From Auanema rhodensis (lineage: Eukaryota; Animalia; Nematoda), in the NCBI GenBank assembly GCA_964057225.1, contig OZ059900.1, forward strand, positions 22,692,001-22,756,000: 64,000 nt of DNA, in the 5' to 3' direction. Positions 14,246-28,600 of the stretch are shown piece after piece (the first letter of the stretch is position 1; each line of letters begins with the position of its first letter). The translations under genes and the position numbers were made by a program. The notes beneath the pieces were generated by a model. It was not told where the DNA came from. It made no database searches and worked only from the letters and a program-made list of their open reading frames with translations.

Positions 14246-17200
14246 ATATTTAGAACGTGATTCCTTGATTATGAAAAACTTTCAGAGCCTGCACTGATAA
14301 TATAATTGGAAACAGGCAGTACGCAAACATTTGAATGACAGCTTTATTACAATAGGACTTAGTTTACTCAATCATATCAAGCTTCATGAACACGGACTGT
14401 TTGTGCAATAGATGATAGCAATGATAATTTCGTTTCTTTTTTCAATTAACTTTCCAATACGCGAGTTATTATATTTAGAACGTGATTCCTTCATAATGAT
14501 AAATTTTTAGAGCCTGCACTGATAATATAACTGGAAACAGGCAATACTAAAACATTTCAATGACAGCTTTATTACAATAGGACTTAGTTTACTCAATCAT
14601 ATCAAGCTTCATGAACACGGACTGTTTGTGCAATAGATGATAGCAATGATAATTTCGTTTCTTTTTTCAATTAACTTTCCAGTACGCGAGTTATTATATT
14701 TAGAACGTGATTCCTTCATAATGAAAAATTTTTAGAGCCTGCACTGATAATATAACTGGCAACAGGCAGTACGCAATACGCAAACATTTGAATGGCAGCT
14801 TTATTACAATACGACTTAGTTTACTCAATTATATCAAGCTTCATGAACACGGACTGTTTGTGCAATAGATGATAGCAATGATAATTTCGTTTCTTTTTTC
14901 AATTAACTTTCCAGTACGCGAGTTATTATATTTAGAACGTGATTCCTTCATAATGAAAAATTTTTAGAGCCTGCACTGATAATATAACTGGCAACAGGCA
15001 ATACGCAAACATTTGAATGACAGCTTTATTACAATAGGACTTAGTTTACTCAATCATACCAATCTTCATGAACACGGACTGTTTGTGTAATAGATGATAG
15101 CAATGATAATTTCGTTTCTGTTTTTAATTAACTTTCCTGTACGCGAGTTATAATATTTAGAACGTGATTCCTTCATAATGAAAAATTTTTAGAGCCTGCA
15201 CTGATAATATAACTGGAAACAGGCAATACTAAAACATTTGAATGACAGCTTTATTACAATAGGACTTAGTTTACTCAATCATACCAATCTTCATGAACAC
15301 GGACTGTTAGAGCCTGCACTGATAATATAACTGGAAACAGGCAATACGCAAACATTTGAATGACAGCTTTATTACAATACGACTTAGTTTACTCAATTAT
15401 ATCAAGCTTCATGAACAGGGACTGCTTGTGTAATAGATGATAGCAATGATAGTTTCGTTTCTTTTTTTAATTAACTTTCCAGTACGCGAGTTATAATATT
15501 TAGAACGCGATTCCTTGATAATGAAAAACTTTCAGAGCCTGCATTGATAATATAACTGGAAACAGGCAATACTAAAACATTTGAATGACAGCTTTATTAC
15601 AATAGGACTTAGTTTACTCAATCATACCAATCTTCATGAACACGGACTGCTTGTGTAATAGATGATAGCAGTGATAATTTCGTTTCTTTTTTCAATTAAC
15701 TTTCTAGTACGCGAGTTATTATATTTAGAACGTGATTCCTTCATAATGAAAAATTTTTAGAGCCTGCACTGATAATATAACTGGAAACAGGCAATACTAA
15801 AACATTTGAATGACAGCTTTATTACAATAGGACTTAGTTTACTCAATCATACCAATCTTCATGAACACGGACTGTTAGAGCCTGCACTGATAATATAACT
15901 GGAAACAGGCAATACGCAAACATTTGAATGACAGCTTTATTACAATACGACTTAGTTTACTCAATTATATCAAGCTTCATGAACACGGACTGCTTGTGTA
16001 ATATATAATAGCAATAATAGTTTCGTTTCTGTTTTTAATTAACTTTCCTGTACGCGAGTTATAATATTTAGAACGTGATTCCTTGATTATGAAAAACTTT
16101 CAGAGCCTGCACTGATAATATAATTGGAAACAGGCAGTACGCAATACGCAAACATTTGAATGACAGCTTTATTACAATACGACTTAGCTTACTCAATCAT
16201 ATCAAGCTTCATGAACAGGGACTGTCTGTGTAATAGATGATAGCAATGATAGTTTCGTTTCTTTTTTCAATTAACTTTCCAGTACGCGAGTTATTATATT
16301 TAGAACGTGATTCCTTCATAATGAAAAATTTTTAGAGCCTGCACTGATAATATAACTGGCAACAGGCAATACGCAAACATTTGAATGACAGCTTTATTAC
16401 AATAGGACTTAGTTTACTCAATCATACCAATCTTCATGAACACGGACTGTTTGTGTAATAGATGATAGCAATGATAATTTCGTTTCTGTTTTTAATTAAC
16501 TTTCCTGTACGCGAGTTATAATATTTAGAACGTGATTCCTTGATTATGAAAAATTTTTAGAGCCTGCACTGATAATATAACTGGAAACAGGCAATACTAA
16601 AACATTTGAATGACAGCTTTATTACAATAGGACTTAGTTTACTCAATCATACCAATCTTCATGAACACGGACTGTTTGTGTAATAGATGATAGCAATGAT
16701 AATTTCGTTTCTTTTTTCAATTAACTTTCCAGTACGCGAGTTATTATATTTAGAACGCGATTGCTTCATAATGAAAAATGTTTAGAGCCTGCACTGATAA
16801 TATAACTGGCAACAGGCAATACGCAAACATTTGAATGACAGCTTTATTACAATACGACTTAGTTTACTCAATCAGATCAAGCTTCATGAACACGGACTGT
16901 TTGTGCAATAGATGATAGCAATGATAGTTTCGTTTCTTTTTTTAATTAACTTTCCAGTACGCGAGTTATTATATTTAGAACGTGATTTCTTCATAATGAA
17001 AAACTTTCAGAGCCTGCACTGATAATATAACTGGAAACAGGCAATACGCAAACATTTGAATGACTGCTTTATTACAATACGACTTAGTTTACTCAATTAT
17101 ATCAAGCTTCATGAACACGGACTTCTTGTGTAATATATAATAGCAATAATAGTTTCGTTTCTGTTTTTAATTAACTTTCCTGTACGCGAGTTATAATATT

Positions 17201-20200
17201 TAGAACGCGATTCCTTGATAATGAAAAACTTTCAGAGCCTGCACTGATAATATAACTGGAAACAGGCAATACTAAAACATTTGAATGACAGCTTTATTAC
17301 AATAGGACTTAGTTTACTCAATCATACCAATCTTCATGAACACGGACTGTTTGTGTAATAGATGATAGCAATGATAATTTCGTTTCTTTTTTCAATTAAC
17401 TTTCCAGTACGCGAGTTATTATATTTAGAACGTGATTCCTTCATAATGAAAAATTTTTAGAGCCTGCACTGATAATATAACTGGAAACAGGCAATACTAA
17501 AACATTTGAATGACAGCTTTATTACAATAGGACTTAGTTTACTCAATCATACCAATCTTCATGAACACGGACTGTTTGTGTAATAGATAATAGCAATGAT
17601 AATTTCGTTTCTTTTTTCAATTAACTTTCCAGTACGCGAGTTATTATATTTAGAACGTGATTCCTTCATAATGAAAAATTTTTAGAGCCTGCACTGATAA
17701 TATAACTGGAAACAGGCAATACTAAAACATTTGAATGACAGCTTTATTACAATAGGACTTAGTTTACTCAATCATACCAATCTTCATGAACACGGACTGT
17801 TAGAGCCTGCACTGATAATATAACTGGAAACAGGCAATACGCAAACATTTGAATGACAGCTTTATTACAATACGACTTAGTTTACTCAATTATATCAAGC
17901 TTCATGAACACGGACTGCTTGTGTAATATATAATAGCAATAATAGTTTCGTTTCTGTTTTTAATTAACTTTCCTGTACGCGAGTTATAATATTTAGAACG
18001 TGATTCCTTGATTATGAAAAACTTTCAGAGCCTGCACTGATAATATAATTGGAAACAGGCAGTACGCAATACGCAAACATTTGAATGACAGCTTTATTAC
18101 AATACGACTTAGCTTACTCAATCATATCAAGCTTCATGAACAGGGACTGTCTGTGTAATAGATGATAGCAATGATAGTTTCGTTTCTTTTTTCAATTAAC
18201 TTTCCAGTACGCGAGTTATTATATTTAGAACGTGATTCCTTCATAATGAAAAATTTTTAGAGCCTGCACTGATAATATAACTGGCAACAGGCAATACGCA
18301 AACATTTGAATGACAGCTTTATTACAATAGGACTTAGTTTACTCAATCATACCAATCTTCATGAACACGGACTGTTTGTGTAATAGATGATAGCAATGAT
18401 AATTTCGTTTCTGTTTTTAATTAACTTTCCTGTACGCGAGTTATAATATTTAGAACGTGATTCCTTGATTATGAAAAACTTTCAGAGCCTGCACTGATAA
18501 TATAATTGGAAACAGGCAGTACGCAAACATTTGAATGACAGCTTTATTACAATAGGACTTAGTTTACTCAATCATATCAAGCTTCATGAACACGGACTGT
18601 TTGTGCAATAGATGATAGCAATGATAATTTCGTTTCTTTTTTCAATTAACTTTCCAATACGCGAGTTATTATATTTAGAACGTGATTCCTTCATAATGAT
18701 AAATTTTTAGAGCCTGCACTGATAATATAACTGGAAACAGGCAATACTAAAACATTTCAATGACAGCTTTATTACAATAGGACTTAGTTTACTCAATCAT
18801 ATCAAGCTTCATGAACACGGACTGTTTGTGCAATAGATGATAGCAATGATAATTTCGTTTCTTTTTTCAATTAACTTTCCAGTACGCGAGTTATTATATT
18901 TAGAACGTGATTCCTTCATAATGAAAAATTTTTAGAGCCTGCACTGATAATATAACTGGCAACAGGCAGTACGCAATACGCAAACATTTGAATGGCAGCT
19001 TTATTACAATACGACTTAGTTTACTCAATTATATCAAGCTTCATGAACACGGACTGTTTGTGCAATAGATGATAGCAATGATAATTTCGTTTCTTTTTTC
19101 AATTAACTTTCCAGTACGCGAGTTATTATATTTAGAACGTGATTCCTTCATAATGAAAAATTTTTAGAGCCTGCACTGATAATATAACTGGCAACAGGCA
19201 ATACGCAAACATTTGAATGACAGCTTTATTACAATAGGACTTAGTTTACTCAATCATACCAATCTTCATGAACACGGACTGTTTGTGTAATAGATGATAG
19301 CAATGATAATTTCGTTTCTGTTTTTAATTAACTTTCCTGTACGCGAGTTATAATATTTAGAACGTGATTCCTTCATAATGAAAAATTTTTAGAGCCTGCA
19401 CTGATAATATAACTGGAAACAGGCAATACTAAAACATTTGAATGACAGCTTTATTACAATAGGACTTAGTTTACTCAATCATACCAATCTTCATGAACAC
19501 GGACTGTTAGAGCCTGCACTGATAATATAACTGGAAACAGGCAATACGCAAACATTTGAATGACAGCTTTATTACAATACGACTTAGTTTACTCAATTAT
19601 ATCAAGCTTCATGAACACGGACTGCTTGTGTAATAGATGATAGCAATGATAGTTTCGTTTCTTTTTTTAATTAACTTTCCAGTACGCGAGTTATAATATT
19701 TAGAACGCGATTCCTTGATAATGAAAAACTTTCAGAGCCTGCATTGATAATATAACTGGAAACAGGCAATACTAAAACATTTGAATGACAGCTTTATTAC
19801 AATAGGACTTAGTTTACTCAATCATACCAATCTTCATGAACACGGACTGCTTGTGTAATAGATGATAGCAGTGATAATTTCGTTTCTTTTTTCAATTAAC
19901 TTTCTAGTACGCGAGTTATTATATTTAGAACGTGATTCCTTCATAATGAAAAATTTTTAGAGCCTGCACTGATAATATAACTGGAAACAGGCAATACTAA
20001 AACATTTGAATGACAGCTTTATTACAATAGGACTTAGTTTACTCAATCATACCAATCTTCATGAACACGGACTGTTAGAGCCTGCACTGATAATATAACT
20101 GGAAACAGGCAATACGCAAACATTTGAATGACAGCTTTATTACAATACGACTTAGTTTACTCAATTATATCAAGCTTCATGAACACGGACTGCTTGTGTA

Positions 20201-22678
20201 ATATATAATAGCAATAATAGTTTCGTTTCTGTTTTTAATTAACTTTCCTGTACGCGAGTTATAATATTTAGAACGTGATTCCTTGATTATGAAAAACTTT
20301 CAGAGCCTGCACTGATAATATAATTGGAAACAGGCAGTACGCAATACGCAAACATTTGAATGACAGCTTTATTACAATACGACTTAGCTTACTCAATCAT
20401 ATCAAGCTTCATGAACAGGGACTGTCTGTGTAATAGATGATAGCAATGATAGTTTCGTTTCTTTTTTCAATTAACTTTCCAGTACGCGAGTTATTATATT
20501 TAGAACGTGATTCCTTCATAATGAAAAATTTTTAGAGCCTGCACTGATAATATAACTGGCAACAGGCAATACGCAAACATTTGAATGACAGCTTTATTAC
20601 AATAGGACTTAGTTTACTCAATCATACCAATCTTCATGAACACGGACTGTTTGTGTAATAGATGATAGCAATGATAATTTCGTTTCTGTTTTTAATTAAC
20701 TTTCCTGTACGCGAGTTATAATATTTAGAACGTGATTCCTTGATTATGAAAAATTTTTAGAGCCTGCACTGATAATATAACTGGAAACAGGCAATACTAA
20801 AACATTTGAATGACAGCTTTATTACAATAGGACTTAGTTTACTCAATCATACCAATCTTCATGAACACGGACTGTTTGTGTAATAGATGATAGCAATGAT
20901 AATTTCGTTTCTTTTTTCAATTAACTTTCCAGTACGCGAGTTATTATATTTAGAACGCGATTGCTTCATAATGAAAAATGTTTAGAGCCTGCACTGATAA
21001 TATAACTGGCAACAGTTAATACGCAAACATTTGAATGACAGCTTTATTACAATACGACTTAGTTTACTCAATCAGATCCAGCTTCATGAACACGGACTGT
21101 TTGTGCAATAGATGATAGCAATGATAGTTTCGTTTCTTTTTTTAATTAACTTTCCAGTACGCGAGTTATTATATTTAGAACGTGATTCCTTCATAATGAA
21201 AAACTTTCAGAGCCTGCACTGATAATATAACTGGAAACAGGCAATACGCAAACATTTGAATGACTGCTTTATTACAATACGACTTAGTTTACTCAATTAT
21301 ATCAAGCTTCATGAACACGGACTTCTTGTGTAATATATAATAGCAATAATAGTTTCGTTTCTGTTTTTAATTAACTTTCCTGTACGCGAGTTATAATATT
21401 TAGAACGCGATTCCTTGATAATGAAAAACTTTCAGAGCCTGCACTGATAATATAACTGGAAACAGGCAATACTAAAACATTTGAATGACAGCTTTATTAC
21501 AATAGGACTTAGTTTACTCAATCATACCAATCTTCATGAACACGGACTGTTTGTGTAATAGATGATAGCAATGATAATTTCGTTTCTTTTTTCAATTAAC
21601 TTTCCAGTACGCGAGTTATTATATTTAGAACGTGATTCCTTCATAATGAAAAATTTTTAGAGCCTGCACTGATAATATAACTGGAAACAGGCAATACTAA
21701 AACATTTGAATGACAGCTTTATTACAATAGGACTTAGTTTACTCAATCATACCAATCTTCATGAACACGGACTGTTTGTGTAATAGATAATAGCAATGAT
21801 AATTTCGTTTCTTTTTTCAATTAACTTTCCAGTACGCGAGTTATTATATTTAGAACGTGATTCCTTGATTATGAAAAATTTTTAGAGCCTGCACTGATAA
21901 TATAACTGGAAACAGGCAATACTAAAACATTTGAATGACAGCTTTATTACAATAGGACTTAGTTTACTCAATCATACCAATCTTCATGAACACGGACTGT
22001 TAGAGCCTGCACTGATAATATAACTGGAAACAGGCAATACGCAAACATTTGAATGACAGCTTTATTACAATACGACTTAGTTTACTCAATTATATCAAGC
22101 TTCATGAACACGGACTGCTTGTGTAATATATAATAGCAATAATAGTTTCGTTTCTGTTTTTAATTAACTTTCCTGTACGCGAGTTATAATATTTAGAACG
22201 TGATTCCTTGATTATGAAAAACTTTCAGAGCCTGCACTGATAATATAATTGGAAACAGGCAGTACGCAATACGCAAACATTTGAATGACAGCTTTATTAC
22301 AATACGACTTAGCTTACTCAATCATATCAAGCTTCATGAACAGGGACTGTCTGTGTAATAGATGATAGCAATGATAGTTTCGTTTCTTTTTTCAATTAAC
22401 TTTCCAGTACGCGAGTTATTATATTTAGAACGTGATTCCTTCATAATGAAAAATTTTTAGAGCCTGCACTGATAATATAACTGGCAACAGGCAATACGCA
22501 AACATTTGAATGACAGCTTTATTACAATAGGACTTAGTTTACTCAATCATACCAATCTTCATGAACACGGACTGTTTGTGTAATAGATGATAGCAATGAT
22601 AATTTCGTTTCTGTTTTTAATTAACTTTCCTGTACGCGAGTTATAATATTTAGAACGTGATTCCTTGATTATGAAAAA
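14246..22678 (+). repeat. Tandem duplication of a 20-monomer block (4200-bp period) in satellite A
   Basis: Lines 14281-18478 match 18481-22678 almost base for base. The block is 14x225 + 3x232 + 3x118 = 4200. Shared rare variants include TAATGATAAAT, GCATTGAT, GCAGTGAT and GACTTCTTG. Confidence 0.95.
15191..15308 (+). repeat. 118-bp deletion monomer of satellite A (first of ten copies found)
   Basis: The junction GGACTGTT|AGAGCC removes 107 bp of the 225-bp unit. Copies start at 15191, 15759, 17684, 19391, 19959, 21884, 31915, 33854, 34197 and 34997. Confidence 0.95.
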
Positions 22679-25600
22679 TTTTTAGAGCCTGCACTGATAA
22701 TATAACTGGAAACAGGCAATACTAAAACATTTGAATGACAGCTTTATTACAATAGGACTTAGTTTACTCAATCATACCAATCTTCATGAACACGGACTGT
22801 TTGTGTAATAGATGATAGCAATGATAATTTCGTTTCTTTTTTCAATTAACTTTCCAGTACGCGAGTTATTATATTTAGAACGCGATTGCTTCATAATGAA
22901 AAATGTTTAGAGCCTGCACTGATAATATAACTGGCAACAGGCAATACGCAAACATTTGAATGACAGCTTTATTACAATACGACTTAGTTTACTCAATCAG
23001 ATCAAGCTTCATGAACACGGACTGTTTGTGCAATAGATGATAGCAATGATAGTTTCGTTTCTTTTTTTAATTAACTTTCCAGTACGCGAGTTATTATATT
23101 TAGAACGTGATTCCTTCATAATGAAAAACTTTCAGAGCCTGCACTGATAATATAACTGGAAACAGGCAATACGCAAACATTTGAATGACTGCTTTATTAC
23201 AATACGACTTAGTTTACTCAATTATATCAAGCTTCATGAACACGGACTGCTTGTGTAATATATAATAGCAATAATAGTTTCGTTTCTGTTTTTAATTAAC
23301 TTTCCTGTACGCGAGTTATAATATTTAGAACGCGATTCCTTGATAATGAAAAACTTTCAGAGCCTGCACTGATAATATAACTGGAAACAGGCAATACTAA
23401 AACATTTGAATGACAGCTTTATTACAATAGGACTTAGTTTACTCAATCATACCAATCTTCATGAACACGGACTGTTTGTGTAATAGATGATAGCAATGAT
23501 AATTTCGTTTCTTTTTTCAATTAACTTTCCAGTACGCGAGTTATTATATTTAGAACGTGATTCCTTCATAATGAAAAATTTTTAGAGCCTGCACTGATAA
23601 TATAACTGGAAACAGGCAATACTAAAACATTTGAATGACAGCTTTATTACAATAGGACTTAGTTTACTCAATCATACTAATCTTCATGAACACGGACTGT
23701 TTGTGTAATAGATAATAGCAATGATAATTTCGTTTCTTTTTTCAATTAACTTTCCAGTACGCGAGTTATTATATTTAGAACGTGATTCCTTCATAATGAA
23801 AAATTTTTAGAGCCTGCACTGATAATATAACTGGCAACAGGCAATACGCAAACATTTGAATGACAGCTTTATTACAATACGACTTAGTTTACTCAATCAT
23901 ACCAATCTTCATGAACACGGACTGTTTGTGTAATAGATAATAGCAATAATAGTTTCGTTTCTGTTTTTAATTAACTTTCCTGTACGCGAGTTATAATATT
24001 TAGAACGTGATTCCTTGATTATGAAAAATTTTTAGAGCCTGCACTGATAATATAACTGGAAACAGGCAATACTAAAACATTTGAATGACAGCTTTATTAC
24101 AATAGGACTTAGTTTACTCAATCATACCAATCTTCATGAACACGGACTGTTTGTGTAATAGATGATAGCAATGATAATTTCGTTTCTTTTTTCAATTAAC
24201 TTTCCAGTACGCGAGTTATTATATTTAGAACGTGATTCCTTCATAATGAAAAATTTTTAGAGCCTGCACTGATAATATAACTGGAAACAGGCAATACTAA
24301 AACATTTGAATGACAGCTTTATTACAATAGGACTTAGTTTACTCAATCATACCAATCTTCATGAACACGGACTGTTTGTGTAATAGATAATAGCAATGAT
24401 AATTTCGTTTCTTTTTTCAATTAACTTTTCAGTACGCGAGTTATTATATTTAGAACGTGATTCCTTCATAATGAAAAATTTTTAGAGCCTGCACTGATAA
24501 TATAACTGGAAACAGGCAATACTAAAACATTTGAATGACAGCTTTATTACAATAGGACTTAGTTTACTCAATCATACCAATCTTCATGAACACGGACTGT
24601 TTGTGTAATAGATGATAGCAATGATAATTTCGTTTCTGTTTTTAATTAACTTTCCTGTACGCGAGTTATAATATTTAGAACGTGATTCCTTGATTATGAA
24701 AAATTTTTAGAGCCTGCACTGATAATATAACTGGCAACAGGCAATACGCAAACATTTGAATGACAGCTTTATTACAATAGGACTTAGTTTACTCAATCAT
24801 ACCAATCTTCATGAACACGGACTGTTTGTGTAATAGATGATAGCAATGATAATTTCGTTTCTTTTTTCAATTAACTTTCCAGTACGCGAGTTATTATATT
24901 TAGAACGTGATTCCTTCATAATGAAAAATTTTTAGAGCCTGCACTGATAATATAACTGGAAACAGGCAATACTAAAACATTTGAATGACAGCTTTATTAC
25001 AATAGGACTTAGTTTACTCAATCATACCAATCTTCATGAACACGGACTGTTTGTGTAATAGATAATAGCAATGATAATTTCGTTTCTTTTTTCAATTAAC
25101 TTTTCAGTACGCGAGTTATTATATTTAGAACGTGATTCCTTCATAATGAAAAATTTTTAGAGCCTGCACTGATAATATAACTGGAAACAGGCAATACTAA
25201 AACATTTGAATGACAGCTTTATTACAATAGGACTTAGTTTACTCAATCATACCAATCTTCATGAACACGGACTGTTTGTGTAATAGATGATAGCAATGAT
25301 AATTTCGTTTCTGTTTTTAATTAACTTTCCTGTACGCGAGTTATAATATTTAGAACGTGATTCCTTGATTATGAAAAATTTTTAGAGCCTGCACTGATAA
25401 TATAACTGGCAACAGGCAATACGCAAACATTTGAATGACAGCTTTATTACAATAGGACTTAGTTTACTCAATCATACCAATCTTCATGAACACGGACTGT
25501 TTGTGTAATAGATGATAGCAATGATAATTTCGTTTCTGTTTTTAATTAACTTTCCTGTACGCGAGTTATAATATTTAGAACGTGATTCCTTGATTATGAA

Positions 25601-28600
25601 AAATTTTTAGAGCCTGCACTGATAATATAACTGGAAACAGGCAATACTAAAACATTTGAATGACAGCTTTATTACAATAGGACTTAGTTTACTCAATCAT
25701 ACCAATCTTCATGAACACGGACTGTTTGTGTAATAGATGATAGCAATGATAATTTCGTTTCTTTTTTCAATTAACTTTCCAGTACGCGAGTTATTATATT
25801 TAGAACGCGATTGCTTCATAATGAAAAATGTTTAGAGCCTGCACTGATAATATAACTGGCAACAGGCAATACGCAAACATTTGAATGACAGCTTTATTAC
25901 AATACGACTTAGTTTACTCAATCAGATCAAGCTTCATGAACACGGACTGTTTGTGCAATAGATGATAGCAATGATAGTTTCGTTTCTTTTTTTAATTAAC
26001 TTTCCAGTACGCGAGTTATTATATTTAGAACGTGATTCCTTCATAATGAAAAACTTTCAGAGCCTGCACTGATAATATAACTGGAAACAATCAATACGCA
26101 AACATTTGAATGACTGCTTTATTACAATACGACTTAGTTTACTCAATTATATCAAGCTTCATGAACACGGACTGCTTGTGTAATATATAATAGCAATAAT
26201 AGTTTCGTTTCTTTTTTCAATTAACTTTCCAGTACGCGAGTTATTATATTTAGAACGCGATTCCTTGATAATGAAAAACTTTCAGAGCCTGCACTGATAA
26301 TATAACTGGAAACAGGCAATACTAAAACATTTGAATGACAGCTTTATTACAATAGGACTTAGTTTACTCAATCATACCAATCTTCATGAACACGGACTGT
26401 TTGTGTAATAGATGATAGCAATGATAATTTCGTTTCTTTTTTCAATTAACTTTCCAGTACGCGAGTTATTATATTTAGAACGTGATTCCTTCATAATGAA
26501 AAATTTTTAGAGCCTGCACTGATAATATAACTGGAAACAGGCAATACTAAAACATTTGAATGACAGCTTTATTACAATAGGACTTAGTTTACTCAATCAT
26601 ACTAATCTTCATGAACACGGACTGTTTGTGTAATAGATAATAGCAATGATAATTTCGTTTCTTTTTTCAATTAACTTTCCAGTACGCGAGTTATTATATT
26701 TAGAACGTGATTCCTTCATAATGAAAAATTTTTAGAGCCTGCACTGATAATATAACTGGAAACAGGCAATACTAAAACATTTGAATGACAGCTTTATTAC
26801 AATAGGACTTAGTTTACTCAATCATACCAATCTTCATGAACACGGACTGTTTGTGTAATAGATAATAGCAATAATAGTTTCGTTTCTGTTTTTAATTAAC
26901 TTTCCTGTACGCGAGTTATAATATTTAGAACGTGATTCCTTGATTATGAAAAATTTTTAGAGCCTGCACTGATAATATAACTGGAAACAGGCAATACTAA
27001 AACATTTGAATGACAGCTTTATTACAATAGGACTTAGTTTACTCAATCATACCAATCTTCATGAACACGGACTGTTTGTGTAATAGATGATAGCAATGAT
27101 AATTTCGTTTCTTTTCTCAATTAACTTTCCAGTACGCGAGTTATTATATTTAGAACGTGATTCCTTCATAATGAAAAATTTTTAGAGCCTGCACTGATAA
27201 TATAACTGGAAACAGGCAATACTAAAACATTTGAATGACAGCTTTATTACAATAGGACTTAGTTTACTCAATCATACCAATCTTCATGAACACGGACTGT
27301 TTGTGTAATAGATGATAGCAATGATAATTTCGTTTCTGTTTTTAATTAACTTTCCTGTACGCGAGTTATAATATTTAGAACGTGATTCCTTGATTATGAA
27401 AAATTTTTAGAGCCTGCACTGATAATATAACTGGCAACAGGCAATACGCAAACATTTGAATGACAGCTTTATTACAATAGGACTTAGTTTACTCAATCAT
27501 ACCAATCTTCATGAACACGGACTGTTTGTGTAATAGATGATAGCAATGATAATTTCGTTTCTGTTTTTAATTAACTTTCCTGTACGCGAGTTATAATATT
27601 TAGAACGTGATTCCTTGATTATGAAAAATTTTTAGAGCCTGCACTGATAATATAACTGGAAACAGGCAATACTAAAACATTTGAATGACAGCTTTATTAC
27701 AATAGGACTTAGTTTACTCAATCATACTAATCTTCATGAACACGGACTGTTTGTGTAATAGATAATAGCAATGATAATTTCGTTTCTTTTTTCAATTAAC
27801 TTTCCAGTACGCGAGTTATTATATTTAGAACGTGATTCCTTCATAATGAAAAATTTTTAGAGCCTGCACTGATAATATAACTGGAAACAGGCAATACTAA
27901 AACATTTGAATGACAGCTTTATTACAATAGGACTTAGTTTACTCAATCATACTAATCTTCATGAACACGGACTGTTTGTGTAATAGATAATAGCAATAAT
28001 AGTTTCGTTTCTGTTTTTAATTAACTTTCCTGTACGCGAGTTATAATATTTAGAACGCGATTCCTTGATAATGAAAAACTTTCAGAGCCTGCACTGATAA
28101 TATAACTGGAAACAGGCAATACTAAAACATTTGAATGACAGCTTTATTACAATAGGACTTAGTTTACTCAATCATACCAATCTTCATGAACACGGACTGT
28201 TTGAGTAATAGATAATAGCAATAATAGTTTCGTTTCTGTTTTTAATTAACTTTCCTGTACGCGAGTTATAATATTTAGAACGTGATTCCTTGATTATGAA
28301 AAATTTTTAGAGCCTGCACTGATAATATAACTGGAAACAGGCAATACTAAAACATTTGAATGACAGCTTTATTACAATAGGACTTAGTTTACTCAATCAT
28401 ACCAATCTTCATGAACACGGACTGTTTGTGTAATAGATGATAGCAATGATAATTTCGTTTCTTTTCTCAATTAACTTTCCAGTACGCGAGTTATTATATT
28501 TAGAACGTGATTCCTTCATAATGAAAAATTTTTAGAGCCTGCACTGATAATATAACTGGAAACAGGCAATACTAAAACATTTGAATGACAGCTTTATTAC

